Assembly: GCF_023055435.1 (NCBI RefSeq)
Contig: NW_025964383.1
Span: 44,206,001-44,270,000 of the forward strand
Length of the DNA stretch: 64,000 nt
From: Haliotis rufescens
Lineage: Eukaryota
Reading direction: 5' to 3'
The notes under the pieces were generated by a model. The model did no database searches. It was not told the DNA's origin and was given only the letters and a program-made list of their open reading frames with translations. Below are positions 12,961 through 25,400 of the stretch, one piece after another. A program made the translations under genes and the position numbers. Each line of letters opens with the position of its first letter. Position 1 is the stretch's first letter.

Positions 12961-13134
12961 GGAAACTGTATCGTCTGGATGAACGAGGGTGTATTCTACT
13001 TTAACACCTGTTATTGTTAATACGTCACATTTAATCTCAGGACACTTCTCTCAACCTCCAGATAACCCACTTTTACCTATCTCTGACCTATAACCTAGGA
13101 ACAAGTCAGATTTTTTCCACAGATTTCGGCAAAC

Positions 13135-16100
13135 ATGGCTCCAACATATGTATCTGGATTATTGCTAACTCTTCTCGTAAGTTCACCTTCTGAAACTAGA
13201 TCAATACTAAGTTTGATTAACACAAACAAAGAGCTATTGTAGCCACTGTTTAAATTTCATATTTATTATTATTTTCCCTCATAACCATAATTTGAAGGAA
13301 CTCGGTCGCAGATAACAATTATCGCCAACCCGAAAGCCCAGATTTATATACATGTACAACTTAAAGAACACCAGACTTTTTTTCTTCTTAATCTGTCATG
13401 GCTGGTGGGTATTGCATAATACAACTTTTCAATTGTGGATGTTCTTTAACTTGTTTTGAGTAGTATATATTGAATATTTCGTCACAATGTTTCACATGTA
13501 CCAGACATGTGTCTGTTGCGCTACCGAATGCTCTTTTAAGTAAGTGAATGAGTGACTTTCTACAGTAGTCCACTTGCATAACGGCGTGCTTACACGCTAC
13601 GGTGCTTACAAGCTAAGAATCACAATCAGTGCTAATATGGGGCTCCAAACCACGATCATAAGATTCTGACACGCCTAAGGGGCGCAACTCGGAACACGAA
13701 CTGTGGCGCTTGAGACAACTGGACCACCCGTGTCTCAACTATAAAGTCATCGGTGTCGTCCCGAAGTGTCTCAAATCTAAAATAGAGGTAATTTGGGGAT
13801 AAGAAACTTCGATGCTATCAAGTATTTTCCCTGGTTCGGGGTCGGTTAAGGACCTTTGCACTAAGTACTTTCGACATTTCGGTGCTGTCTAAAGAAACCA
13901 AGACATATACATATACAGTCACCGTTAATTAATTCAGTGTAACAGCCAGCACGAGTGTATGTCTTCTCTGCTTCCACGAAGTGTGTACAGCTGGTTGAAA
14001 ACGGATAGAATGTTCCGTCGCCGTCAATCACTTCACAACTTACTTGAATGTTCCAATTTCGTGGCAAAGACAAGTGTCCTCTTGCCGTCCCTATCGTCGC
14101 CAATCAGACATCATCGCCACAGTTACTTCGCGCCTTCTGGTTCAAATTCAGCTCGGGTCCTAGGAAAGTTCGGAATAGTCTTGTGTCTGACACGGTACAT
14201 GATTCGAACAGTGGAATGTTCTGAACAGAGCTCCAGGTGACTTTTTTTAGCAATTGGGTTTTTAGGTTATAGGTTATAGGTTATAGGGTTTTCCCCAAAA
14301 TTAGTGAACATTCAAACTGTCCTGCAGATTTCGGTCGATTGCAGAATTTCTAAAGCATGTGCACGCCAATTCGTTGTTAACAGAAATTTTCCGGATCTTT
14401 TCATGTTTTTAATCAAGGTGCTGTCGTGATTTGATGCACTTCGTGATGTAACACTCGTTTTATCGCTATATAGATCTTGATTATCGATCAGTACGTCTTG
14501 ACTTGGCGTCGCCATTTTGTTTAAAACAAATGCAAGTGATACGAGAGGTGGAATCTGATTGGTCCAAAGGAGAGGCTTAGTTAGGGACACAACTCGTAGT
14601 AACTCGAATACCAGCCTGGATGGGAAACTGGACTTCTAAAATCAGTTAACTCTCTTGCCTCGGGAAGATGGTTTTTGTGGATTTTATGTTCAGTTAACTC
14701 TCTTGCCTCGGGAAGATGCATGTATGGTTGTTTGTTTGTTGCTTACCGCCGCACTCAGCAATATTCCACTATATGACAGCGGTCTGTAAATAATCGAGTC
14801 TGGACCAGATAATCCAGTGATTGATATCATGAGCATCGATCCACGCAATTGAGATACGATGACATGCATCAACCCAGTCAACGAGCCTGACCACCCGATC
14901 CTGTTAGTCGCCTCTTTCGACAAGCATTGGTTCTTTAAGACGTATTCTACCCCGGATCTTCACGGGACCCGTAGTATGTATACAGTACATGTGTACCAGG
15001 TTGTTATAATTATCAACTCACGTGATTTGATAAAGTGTTGGACACTCTAGTTAAAAATTGTCTTTTTATTCTTTTCTACTGTATGCAAGATCAAAGAGTG
15101 TAGTTGACGTGCGTATTTACCCTGATAATGTCATCAACAATATTTCCGTTTCCATTATGTTGGCTTCAGGTGCCGGTGGTAGCATGCAGTGTGTTGAGCC
15201 GTCTTCCTGTACAACAGGTGTGTATGGCCGACACTGACTGTGCCCAGAACGAATGCTGTGGGAAACGGACCGGCCCTCTGATTGTAAGCAAACGTCAGCT
15301 CAGCTCCATACAGGGTACGTACATAATGGCATGCGTTTACAGCAGATACATCTGTGAAGCCATTCTGGTTAGAGTGAGTGAGTATGGTTTTACGCCGCTT
15401 TGAGCAATATTCCAGCAATATCACGGCGGGGGACACCAGAAAGGGGTTCACACATTGTATCCATGTCGGGAATCAAACCAGGGTCTTCGGCGTGACGAGC
15501 GAACGCTGCAACCACAAGGCTACCCGACCGCCCCTAGGTTGGTTAGCCCGAAGAGAATAAAGATAAATATTTCAACATCAAAGTGCGACTATGTTCCATT
15601 GTCTTCTTAGAATAGGTCTTCAGCAACCCATGCTTGCAATAAGAGGCGACTATGCTTAGCGTAAGAGGCGACTAACGGGATCAGGTGGTCAGGCTGCTCA
15701 CTTGGTTGATGCATGTTGATACTCATGATGTCAGTCACTGGATTGCCTGGTCCAGACTCGACTATTTACAGGCCGCCGTCATATTGCTGGAATATTGCCG
15801 AGTGTAGTGTTAAACAACAAACAAACATACAAACTTGTGTCAGTAGGGAAACAAAGCGATTTGTAAACGACGTGAATGAGACATATTCTTGGCCTGGCAA
15901 GTTACCTAAGCAAGTAACTCCCGACACACGCTAAACAATCCACATGGATGCTCTTCGTAAAGCATTTAATGAGTGAGTGAGAATACTTTTAACCGCTAGG
16001 CTACCCTATCGCCTCAAGCAATATCACAGTGGGGGACGCCAGAAATGGGCTTCACAAATGTAAATTGTTAATAACATGACATGCTACATTTTTTTAGAGT

Positions 16101-16851
16101 TTGACGTTTTCTACACGATGAGTGACCCTGTCTACGCTTTTCACCCACGAGTGTCTGTACTACCAATAAGATACATCAAAAATTCATACACGTTTTCTAC
16201 TTGACCGTTGTTTTTAAATGTATTGAAGGGCAACTGAGCTGCATAAAGGTAAAGGGGGCAGAGGGATTTGACCTTCATAAAGTCCTCTTTAGTGTTCAGA
16301 CCCGCCGATCGACAGAAAGTCAAAGAATCTGTATAGCAATATTGACCTTCCATACCATTTGGTTAAACACTCATGTTCAAAGGAGTAGCCCTCTGATTTT
16401 TGCAGTTTTCCATAAAGTGGTGTGTTTTCATGAATTGAGAATAATCAAAACTCTTGTCACATCTCACGACAATGAGCTGTTGAGAACGTATCACACAGTA
16501 TTTTAAATTAGAAGACTATTGGTATGCTAAGGCCGCTTCTTGTGGAACTGAAATGGTTAATGTAAGGTTTACGAAAAGCTTGACGAGAGGGTATAAAGAC
16601 TGACCATTAAATGGCCATGTATAGCGTGTAATAATCCAATAATTATAAACGTGTTGTCTTCCACAGGAACATGCAAGCCGTACTTACACGAAAATGAGTG
16701 GTGCTATGGTCAGTGGAAACAAAATGGCGACTGCGGCTGCGCTCCGTCGCAGACGTGCCAGTATTTCCCGCCGACCACACCCACACTCATCCAAGCCATT
16801 GGGAAACGCCGACCAGCGCCTGGGGAATACCTCTGTAAACACAAGCAGTGA
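13135..16851 (+). CDS. Secreted 10-cysteine prokineticin/colipase-fold protein precursor, paralogue B, 123 aa
   Basis: Exons 13135-13176 (donor GTAAGT), 15170-15314 and 16667-16851 give MAPTYVSGLLLTLLVPVVACSVLSRLPVQQVCMADTDCAQNECCGKRTGPLIVSKRQLSSIQGTCKPYLHENEWCYGQWKQNGDCGCAPSQTCQYFPPTTPTLIQAIGKRRPAPGEYLCKHKQ*. Same intron phases (0,1) and the same 185-nt last coding exon as paralogue A. AATAAA at 16888-16893. Confidence 0.88.
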
Positions 16852-19239
16852 GATATATAATATATACATATGTAAACTGGGACCCAAAATAAAATGTTTC
16901 CGATTATAAATGCCAACGAAGTAGTATTTTGGTAACATGTAATAAGTACATGGCAAGGGCGGATCCAGCATCTCATTGTCGTAAGAGGCGACTAACGGGA
17001 TCTTGTGGTCAGGCTCACCGACTTGGTGGATGCCTATCATCGTTTCTCAACTGCGTACTTCGATGCTCATGATGCCAATCAATATTTGTCTGGTCCAGAC
17101 TCGATTATGCACAGGCCGCCATCACATCTGGAGTAGTGCTGGGTGCCGTGTAAAACAACACACGAACGAATATTGCAGTCATTGAACACTGTGTTGTGGG
17201 GTGGTCTCAGTCTATTAGTCCGTGGTTTGCCTGGCTCGATTATGTACCGGCTGCCAACGAATTTCAGGTTTGTACGAATAATTACACATTTCAAAGCATA
17301 CACAAGCTGATAAAATCTGATCTGTTGCTCTGATAGTATACTCCTCTGGTTGACGATTTGAGGATACCACAATTGTAGTCCGGTCGATCTGAACGAAATA
17401 AATCAAACACAGAAAAGAAATATATGCTCAATTGCGCCCCTCACTGGGTTTAGATGCCACGTTGGTCAGAAACAACAGGATGCATACAACATCACAACAA
17501 TGTAACAGCACGGCTTTATTATTTGCATTTGGAACTTGCCAATCATATTCTTGATTATATTGGAGACATAGCAATCACATTTTCGTGTTTGAATGCTTTG
17601 CTCACTCGTACGGAGAATTTAGAATCCCGACGTTGATTACCTGATTAGAAAGTTGATCTTATGCTAGCTCTCCTCCCAGCTTCGGGCAGACAGGGACGCA
17701 TATATGAAGTAAAAGGTCTGATAAGGGAAGTTTGTTAAATGGACTTTGATTTATGCACTCTTGTCAGATAAATAAGGTTGTCTCGATCCTTCATTAAAAA
17801 AGTATTTCAGTTATATCATGGGTGTCAGCCAGGTGTAGGGGAAAAGCCTTAAGTTTCCTACACTGTAGTGTGATGAAATCCACAGGCACTGGTATGGTCC
17901 TGACAAACCAATAGTCATCAGGCCGAATCTGGGACTCGAACCCAGGATCCCAGGACAGTGGACACCATTGGGACATACACTAGTGATTGAGTTATACTAT
18001 GGTTTTAGCAATATTCCATCAATATCATGGCAGGGACACCAGAAATGGGCTTCACATGGAACCCCCAATGATACCAAGAATAGGTGAGGTGAAATGGGGT
18101 TTAACGTTGTGTCCAAGATTATTGCACTTATATAGCGACCTGCATGCACCTGTGTGCGTCTGTGTGGTTGCTTGTACTAGTTGGGAGACTGATGTCGATT
18201 TATAGTGCTACCATGCCGCAGTTTTAACATGAATACCCACTCAGATACAGTTCACTGACTCCGAGACGTCCAGTCCTTGTTTTAGCCCCTTAATGCCAAG
18301 CACCAGACATAGTAAAATCAACAAGTACAATCTTTTAACGTTTTTGGTATGACGCGGGCGGGGATCGAACCCCGGCCTTACGTTGTTTACCGCCACAGTC
18401 AGCAATATTCCAGCTATATGACGGCGGTCTGTAAATAATCTGGACCAGACAATCCAGTGATTCACATCATGAGCATCGATTCTCGCAATTGGGATACGAT
18501 GACATGCATCAACCAAGTCAGCGAACCTGACCACCTGATCCCGTTAGTGGCCTCTTACAAGCACAGTCGCCTGGACCTCAAGCATGTGTTGCTGAAGACC
18601 TATTCTAACCCGGATTTAAATGTTGAGTTGTATATCTAACACTAGAAGATGAGGTGAGGAGAAATGGGTAAAGAGTGGTGATTAATTTGGTATGATGCGG
18701 CTGCGCAACAACCAACGACCTTGTGCCCTGTGTGCAGACGCTCTATCCACTAGACTAAGCGGAGGTTAAAATTCTAGTAGGAACAATATGACGACAGCAG
18801 GACCCAAAAGGAAACTTGTGCTGTGAATCACAATCAACGAACGTTGGGCATCTTTACTTGGGGGAGGGGGGGTTGTAACACTGCCAGCAGGGCACCCCTA
18901 TCTCGGGGAGGGGCAGTGCACATTCAACGTGGTGGAGGAGTCACACAATGCTCGCAGTTCAACTCTTCCGGGTGTGAGATAGACATGTGAAGGCGAAGGC
19001 TGAAGATCCGGGGTAGAACAAGTCTTCAGCAACCCATGCTTGTCATAAGAGGCGACTAGCAGGTTCGGATGGTCAGGCTCGCTGACTTGGTTAATGCATG
19101 TCATCGTGTCCCAATTGTGTTAATCACTGTGTTGTCTGGTCGAGAATGGATTATTTACAGAGCGCAATCATATAGGTGGAATATTGCCGATTGGGGCGTT
19201 AAACAACAAACAAACAAACAAATGCTAATACACACCTGA

Positions 19240-19346
19240 GCCCAATCCACAAAGCGATCGTAGTGCAATGGCTGTCGTAAGTCTGCAATAAAAGATGGGG
19301 AGTTACGTTCTCCTTAGCACTATGATCACTCTGTGGAACAGGACCC
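19240..19346. mobile_element. About 105-bp palindromic MITE
   Basis: Imperfect terminal inverted repeats (CCACAAAGCGATCGTAGTGC / GCACTATGATCACTCTGTGG). Related copy at 39754-39858. Confidence 0.55.
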
Positions 19347-19488
19347 AAATGGATAAACGTACCAGTTGATCTGTCACCCTTGCCTGCAGCTAGCTTGGCT
19401 TAGGAAATTACAGTCTAAATTAAAACTCAAAGAAACATATCATATTCATATAAGTTTATTCATACAATGTACAATGCATGTGAAGACA

Positions 19489-22400
19489 TCACGAGGAGGG
19501 GGCTTGGTCAGTTGACTGAGGGTAATACCATAGACGGAGGCTGTAGTCGATGCTGCTGCTGCTGCTGCTGGGTGCTGTCTCTGTGTCCGAGTCGTCACTG
19601 TCGCCAAGTGCGGGGTAGTGCCTCTGTCCAGAGGTGGTGCACATCAAAGGCATCGTCCGGTGAACACTGAAACACAAAACACAATGGAACACAATGGAAC
19701 ACAATGGTACACAATAGAACACAATGGTACAAAAGGTATAATGATTAAACAAGGTCTTACTGTACTGTAACATAATGTAACCAGGCATCACTCACTATGA
19801 CTGTAACTGGGTACATTTGTCACAAGGTAACCGTGGTAACACAAGGTAACGGTAATATTGTCACAACATAACAATGGTAACAAGATACCAGGGTAATATT
19901 GTCACAAAATGTAACCATGGTAACGGTAATATTGTCACACAACATAACCATGGTAACAAGGTACCAGGGTAATATTGTCATACAACGTAACCATGGTAAC
20001 ACAAGGTAACAGTGTAATATTGTTAACAATAGGTAACACTGTAACACAAACTAGAACAGGTAATACTGTCATGGAACATAACACAATAACCTCAGTTACA
20101 AAAAGTAACACAAGGTAGCAAAGGTAACACAATGTAACACTGACACATGGTAACTGACAACCATAAAAATTTCCAGTCCCACCCAAATTTTGTCAATCCC
20201 AATTTTGAACAAATACATATCGTATGAAAATTACTTGGTCTTAATTCTTTCAACATCAATTTCAATGCAGTTTACTTCATGGCTGACAATCTACACATCA
20301 TTCACACAAAGTTTAATCACAATTTTCTCTTTTACTCTGAATATTTCACTTTGGTTCAAGACTAAGTCACTAAAATAAAAATATTTTACCTGGAAGCAAA
20401 GTGAAAGATTATTTGATTGCACTGAAAATAGACAACAGAAAAACCCTGATGATAACAGACGAGCTGACTCCATTTGAAAGTATACTTTCTTGACTATCGA
20501 CGATGTTTTGTTCAACAACAAAGCCTTACAAGATACGTCATTTGCCGGTCCACAGGGACTGGCAGTCCCAAGCATTACCGGTCCAAGCCTTATTTTACCG
20601 GTTAAAAACTGGTAACCGGTAAGCAGGAACACTGATAAAGTAACACGTTGAGTGAGTGAGGCAGTGGGTGAGTGGGTGAGTGGGTGAGTGAGTGAGTACC
20701 TGAGGCCGTTGACCACGTCGGTGTGTGCCTGGTAGTTCAGCACTGGCTTGAGGAGGGGCTCATCATCCGGCATCCCAGTCTCGGGGGGCTGTAGGGTATC
20801 CCAGATACTCACAGTGCCGTCATGGTTACCAGAAAATAGGTATCTCCCAGTGCTGAAATAGACAACGGTCTGAGTGACTTGGTTTTGATAGTCTGATGTC
20901 GTATAAATGTGAACAAACAAGTCAAGCACTTTCATCAAAATGCACATACGCTGAGCGCCAGACAAGGTAACAACAAGTACCAACTTTTAACATCTTTAGG
21001 TATGACGCGGAGGGGGATCAAATCCCTGACCTTCCGCTCTTCGGGAAGACGATCTACCACTAGACCACAGCGGCGGTCGACAAGGGGAGGGAGGCCAGGG
21101 ATTTTTTCAAGGGAAAACTTAATATTTCCTCAGGTTTACAAAACAAGAATACATGTTCACTAAACATGTAGGATGTCCTGAAAAAGCGTTTTGTAAAAAA
21201 CAACAATTCTTCAGCTCCCACCATTCCAAAAAATATTGCATGTCTTGGAGCAGTAACTAAAAATATGCTCTCAAAGAAAACCGAAGAATATTCCTGATTT
21301 CATCAACCCACCTGTCCAGGTCGAAGTATATTCGCTGGTTAGTCTGTACTTGTCTCATGGCAACAAACAAAATATTTCCCGGCTTTCTCAAATCCCAGCA
21401 AACAATTTCAGGATCCTGCAAAGAAAACAAAGTCACTTTTGTTGTTTGTTGTTTTACAACACAAGTATTGCTGTATGACAGCAGCTTAACAATAATTAAG
21501 TCAATTGAAACCAGTGATTGATAGCATGAGCAACGTTCAATGTCGTGGGGGTAGGCTGACCTGCAGTCAAGCAAGCCACTGATACTGACCCCCCAATCCG
21601 TCTGTGTGAGTGAGTGTTGTATAACACTGTACTCTATATTCCATCGGGGCGGTCGGGTAGCCTAGTGGTTCAAGCGTTCGCTCGTCAAGCCGAAGACCCT
21701 TGTTCGATTCCCAACATGAGAACAATGTGTGAAGCCCATTTCTGGTGTCCCCGCCGTGATATTGCTGGAGTATTGCTAAAAACGGCATAAAACGATACTC
21801 ACTCATTCACTCACTCTATATTCCAGCTGTATAACCGCGGCCAAATAATAATCATGTCTGTACCGGACAATCCAGTGAATGTTGTGATCAACGACCCACG
21901 TCGTCCAGGAATGATGACATCCAAGTCCATCCTGAGAATCTGATGCAGTAAGTCTCTTACGACAATTCATCGAGAGTGAGCAAGTGAGTGTGGTTTTTAT
22001 GTCACTTTTAACAATATTCCAGCAATATTAAAGCAGGGGAAACCAGAAATTGGCTTTACACATTGTACCTATGTGGGGAATCGAACCCGAGCATTCAGCG
22101 TGACGAGCAAACGCTTTAACCACTAGGCTGTGTGTGTCTGCGTCCGTGTCTGTATGTGTCTGTGCATGTGTCTTGTTTGTGTGCATGTATGTTTATCTGT
22201 GTGTGTCAGTGTGTCTATGTGTCTGTGCATGTGTCTGTGTGCCTGTTTGCAACTGTGCTCAACAACACGCCGGCCAAATGAGTAAACGATCCATGCTGTG
22301 CCACCTGATCCATTTATTTGCCATCACATTTTGTTGCAAGTGTTGCAACTCTACACAGTCAATTCCAGTACCTTCAATGACTGCGTCGAACGTGCCCCCT

Positions 22401-25400
22401 CATGCCTTAACAATCAAGTCCTTGAAGAAACCAATTTGTAATTTTCAATTTGTCATCACAGAAAAGGATTACAGAAATACCTTATGAAATAGATGTACAG
22501 CATCAGTATCAGTGTCTACAACCTCACTAAGCTCGGCATCAGACAGAAGTAGGACTATTTATATACACAAAACCATCAGTCACCTTTCTTCCTCCACTAT
22601 ACAGCTTGTTGCCATCAGGGGAAAACATGATGTGAGTTACTCCCCCTTGCTGACCTTGAAACATGCAGGCCATGTCACCTTTTGGTTCATGATACAGAGC
22701 AACTGAAAAAGATATTGTCAAACTTTAGAAAATAAATATCCCTCATCTAGATATTAAAGGTATATATCATGTTTTTTTCAAAATTCAAATTTGCCTCTAT
22801 CATACCTGATATTATAGGACCGAAGAGGCAGGTAATTCTAATATTTTGCAGGTATATTTTACAAGGTTTATTCTTTTATCTTTTTCTGAAAGATATATCA
22901 TACAAAAAACCCAAATTCATAATTTATATAAGAATAATAACAACAACAACAATAATAGAGATTTTGATACTTAGTTTTATTTTATTTGCATTGAATGCAA
23001 TCTCAAAATATGGCATTCAAATACTTCTGAATTTAAGAAAAGAAATAACTAAAACAAAACACCTTTTTTTAACAACATGTTTTTTCTGCCAATTTGCCTG
23101 CCAGGGGTCACTTAGTTTAGAATGTTGGACAAACCCCTGCCAGATGGTTGAAGTGTGAACCGTATCTACTCACCACTTCTAGAATACGAGCTGGCAGCAT
23201 ACAGGCCCTGCTCTGTGGGGCTCACAGCAATACAAGAGATAATCCCGCACTGGCCTTGTTTAGCTGTGTAAGGGTAAACACATCTTTAGTTTCAACTGTC
23301 TCAACATAAGGGCAACAAATAAACATGTTTAAGATCTATATTCCAGCCAGTAACAGTCTTAACATTGATGTACACTTACCATATGTTGGTCTACTGTGGA
23401 AGTCCCGTCCCGGGCGAGCTGTGTCGAACACTCGGATCATCTTGTTGAAGCCGGTGTACAGCTTCCTGCCATCCGGACTGAAGGCCAGACTGTGAGCTGC
23501 CGTCACCTCATCCTGCAGGACATACGGGTAATATGGAGGTGAAGGTCATACATAACATACAGGTCATATGGAGGTGAAGGTCATACAGAACAAAGAGGTC
23601 ATATTGGGGTCAAGGTCATACAGATTTAACAGGTCATATGAAGGTGAAGGTCATATTGGGGTAAAGGTAATACATAACATACAGGTCATATGGAGGTGAA
23701 GGTCATACAGAACATACAGGTCATATGGAGGTGAAGGTCATATGAGACATGCAGGTCATATAGGGTTTAGATCATACAGAACAAACAGGTGATATGGAGG
23801 TGAAGGTCATACAGAACAAAGAGGTCATATTGGGGTCAAGGTCATACAGATTTAACAGGTCATATGAAGGTGAAGGTCATATTGGGGTAAAGGTAATACA
23901 TAACATACAGGTCATATGGAGGTGAATGTCATACCGAACATACAGGTCATATGGGGTCAAGGTCATACACAACATATAGTCATATGGGGTCAAGGTCATA
24001 CAGAACAAACAGGTGATATGGAGGTGAAGTCATACAGAACAAACAGGTCATATTGGGGTCAAGGTCATACAGAACAAACAGGTGATATGGAGGTGAAGGT
24101 CATACAGAACAAACAGGTCATGTGGAGGTGAAGGTCATACGGGACATACAGGTCATATTGGGGTAAAGGTCATACAGGACATACAGGTCATATGGAGGTG
24201 AAGGTCATACAGAACATATAGGTCAAATGGGGGTCAAGGTCATACAGAACAGACAGGTCATGTAGAGGTGAAGGTCAAACAGAATGTACAGGTCATATGG
24301 AGGTGAAGGTCATACAGAACATACAGGTCATATAGGGGTGAAGGTCAAACAGAACATACAGGTCATGTGGATGTGAAGGTCATACAGAACATACAGGTAT
24401 TATGGGGTAAAGGTCATACAGGTCATAAGGAGGTGAAGGTCAGACAGAACATACAAGTACTATTAGGGTGAAGGTCATACAGAACATACAGGTCATATAG
24501 GGATGAAGGTCAAACAGAACATACAGGTCATATGAGGGTAAAGGTCATACAAAACATACAGGTCATATGGAGGTGAAAGTCATACAGAACAAACAGGTCA
24601 TATGGGGGTAAGGATATGGTTTAAAAAACATGAACTGTAATATTTCATGGCTCTCCTCTTATTGTTGTGATAAATTCACCCTCATCCAATCTTCGCAGTA
24701 TAACTTTTTCATGACGCCCCCATTTTAATAGTGGGAACAACCTTGTGGTAACAGCATTAGACCCCTCTGGGCTTGGGGAACATAAAGGTTGGTATATCAA
24801 CATCTTGAGGTGGACAACTTGGACATGGACCTCTAGGGACCAAAAGTAATGAACCTGATTCATAAAACAGACAAATAATTAAAAGATTAAAAGACATATT
24901 CCAGGTTCTCACCACTTGGTTGAATGCTCGGTATGAGCACCTGAGTTCTCCTGTGAAGGCGTCCCACATGTGTACAGGGGTCTCCCGACTCGTACTCACA
25001 AAGCTGAAAGTAATCAGGGTAAACATCATAACAAGGGTGTCAAAGAGTGAGTGAGTGTCTGTGTGAGTGAGTTTTCGGGTGGGAGAGTCTGCGTGATTGC
25101 TTAATTGCTTGATTGCTTGCTTGATTGCTTGCGTGCGTGCATGCGTGCGTGAGTGAGTGAGTGAGTGAGACAGTGAGTGAGTGAGTGAAGGGGGGAATCC
25201 ATTCAAAGCCCTGGATCTGCCACTGATAGTAACCTCTCCATATTCAGCAATGTTCAGAAACACATCAAGCATCTAAAACACATTATGTTCAACGGACAAA
25301 TCATTCAAATGAATTTTATCTCAATAGAAAGATTCAAAGGTCAAAATGAAGGCTATGAGTCAGTAACTGTAAGAATCAGGTCACAATATGTGAGAACGAA

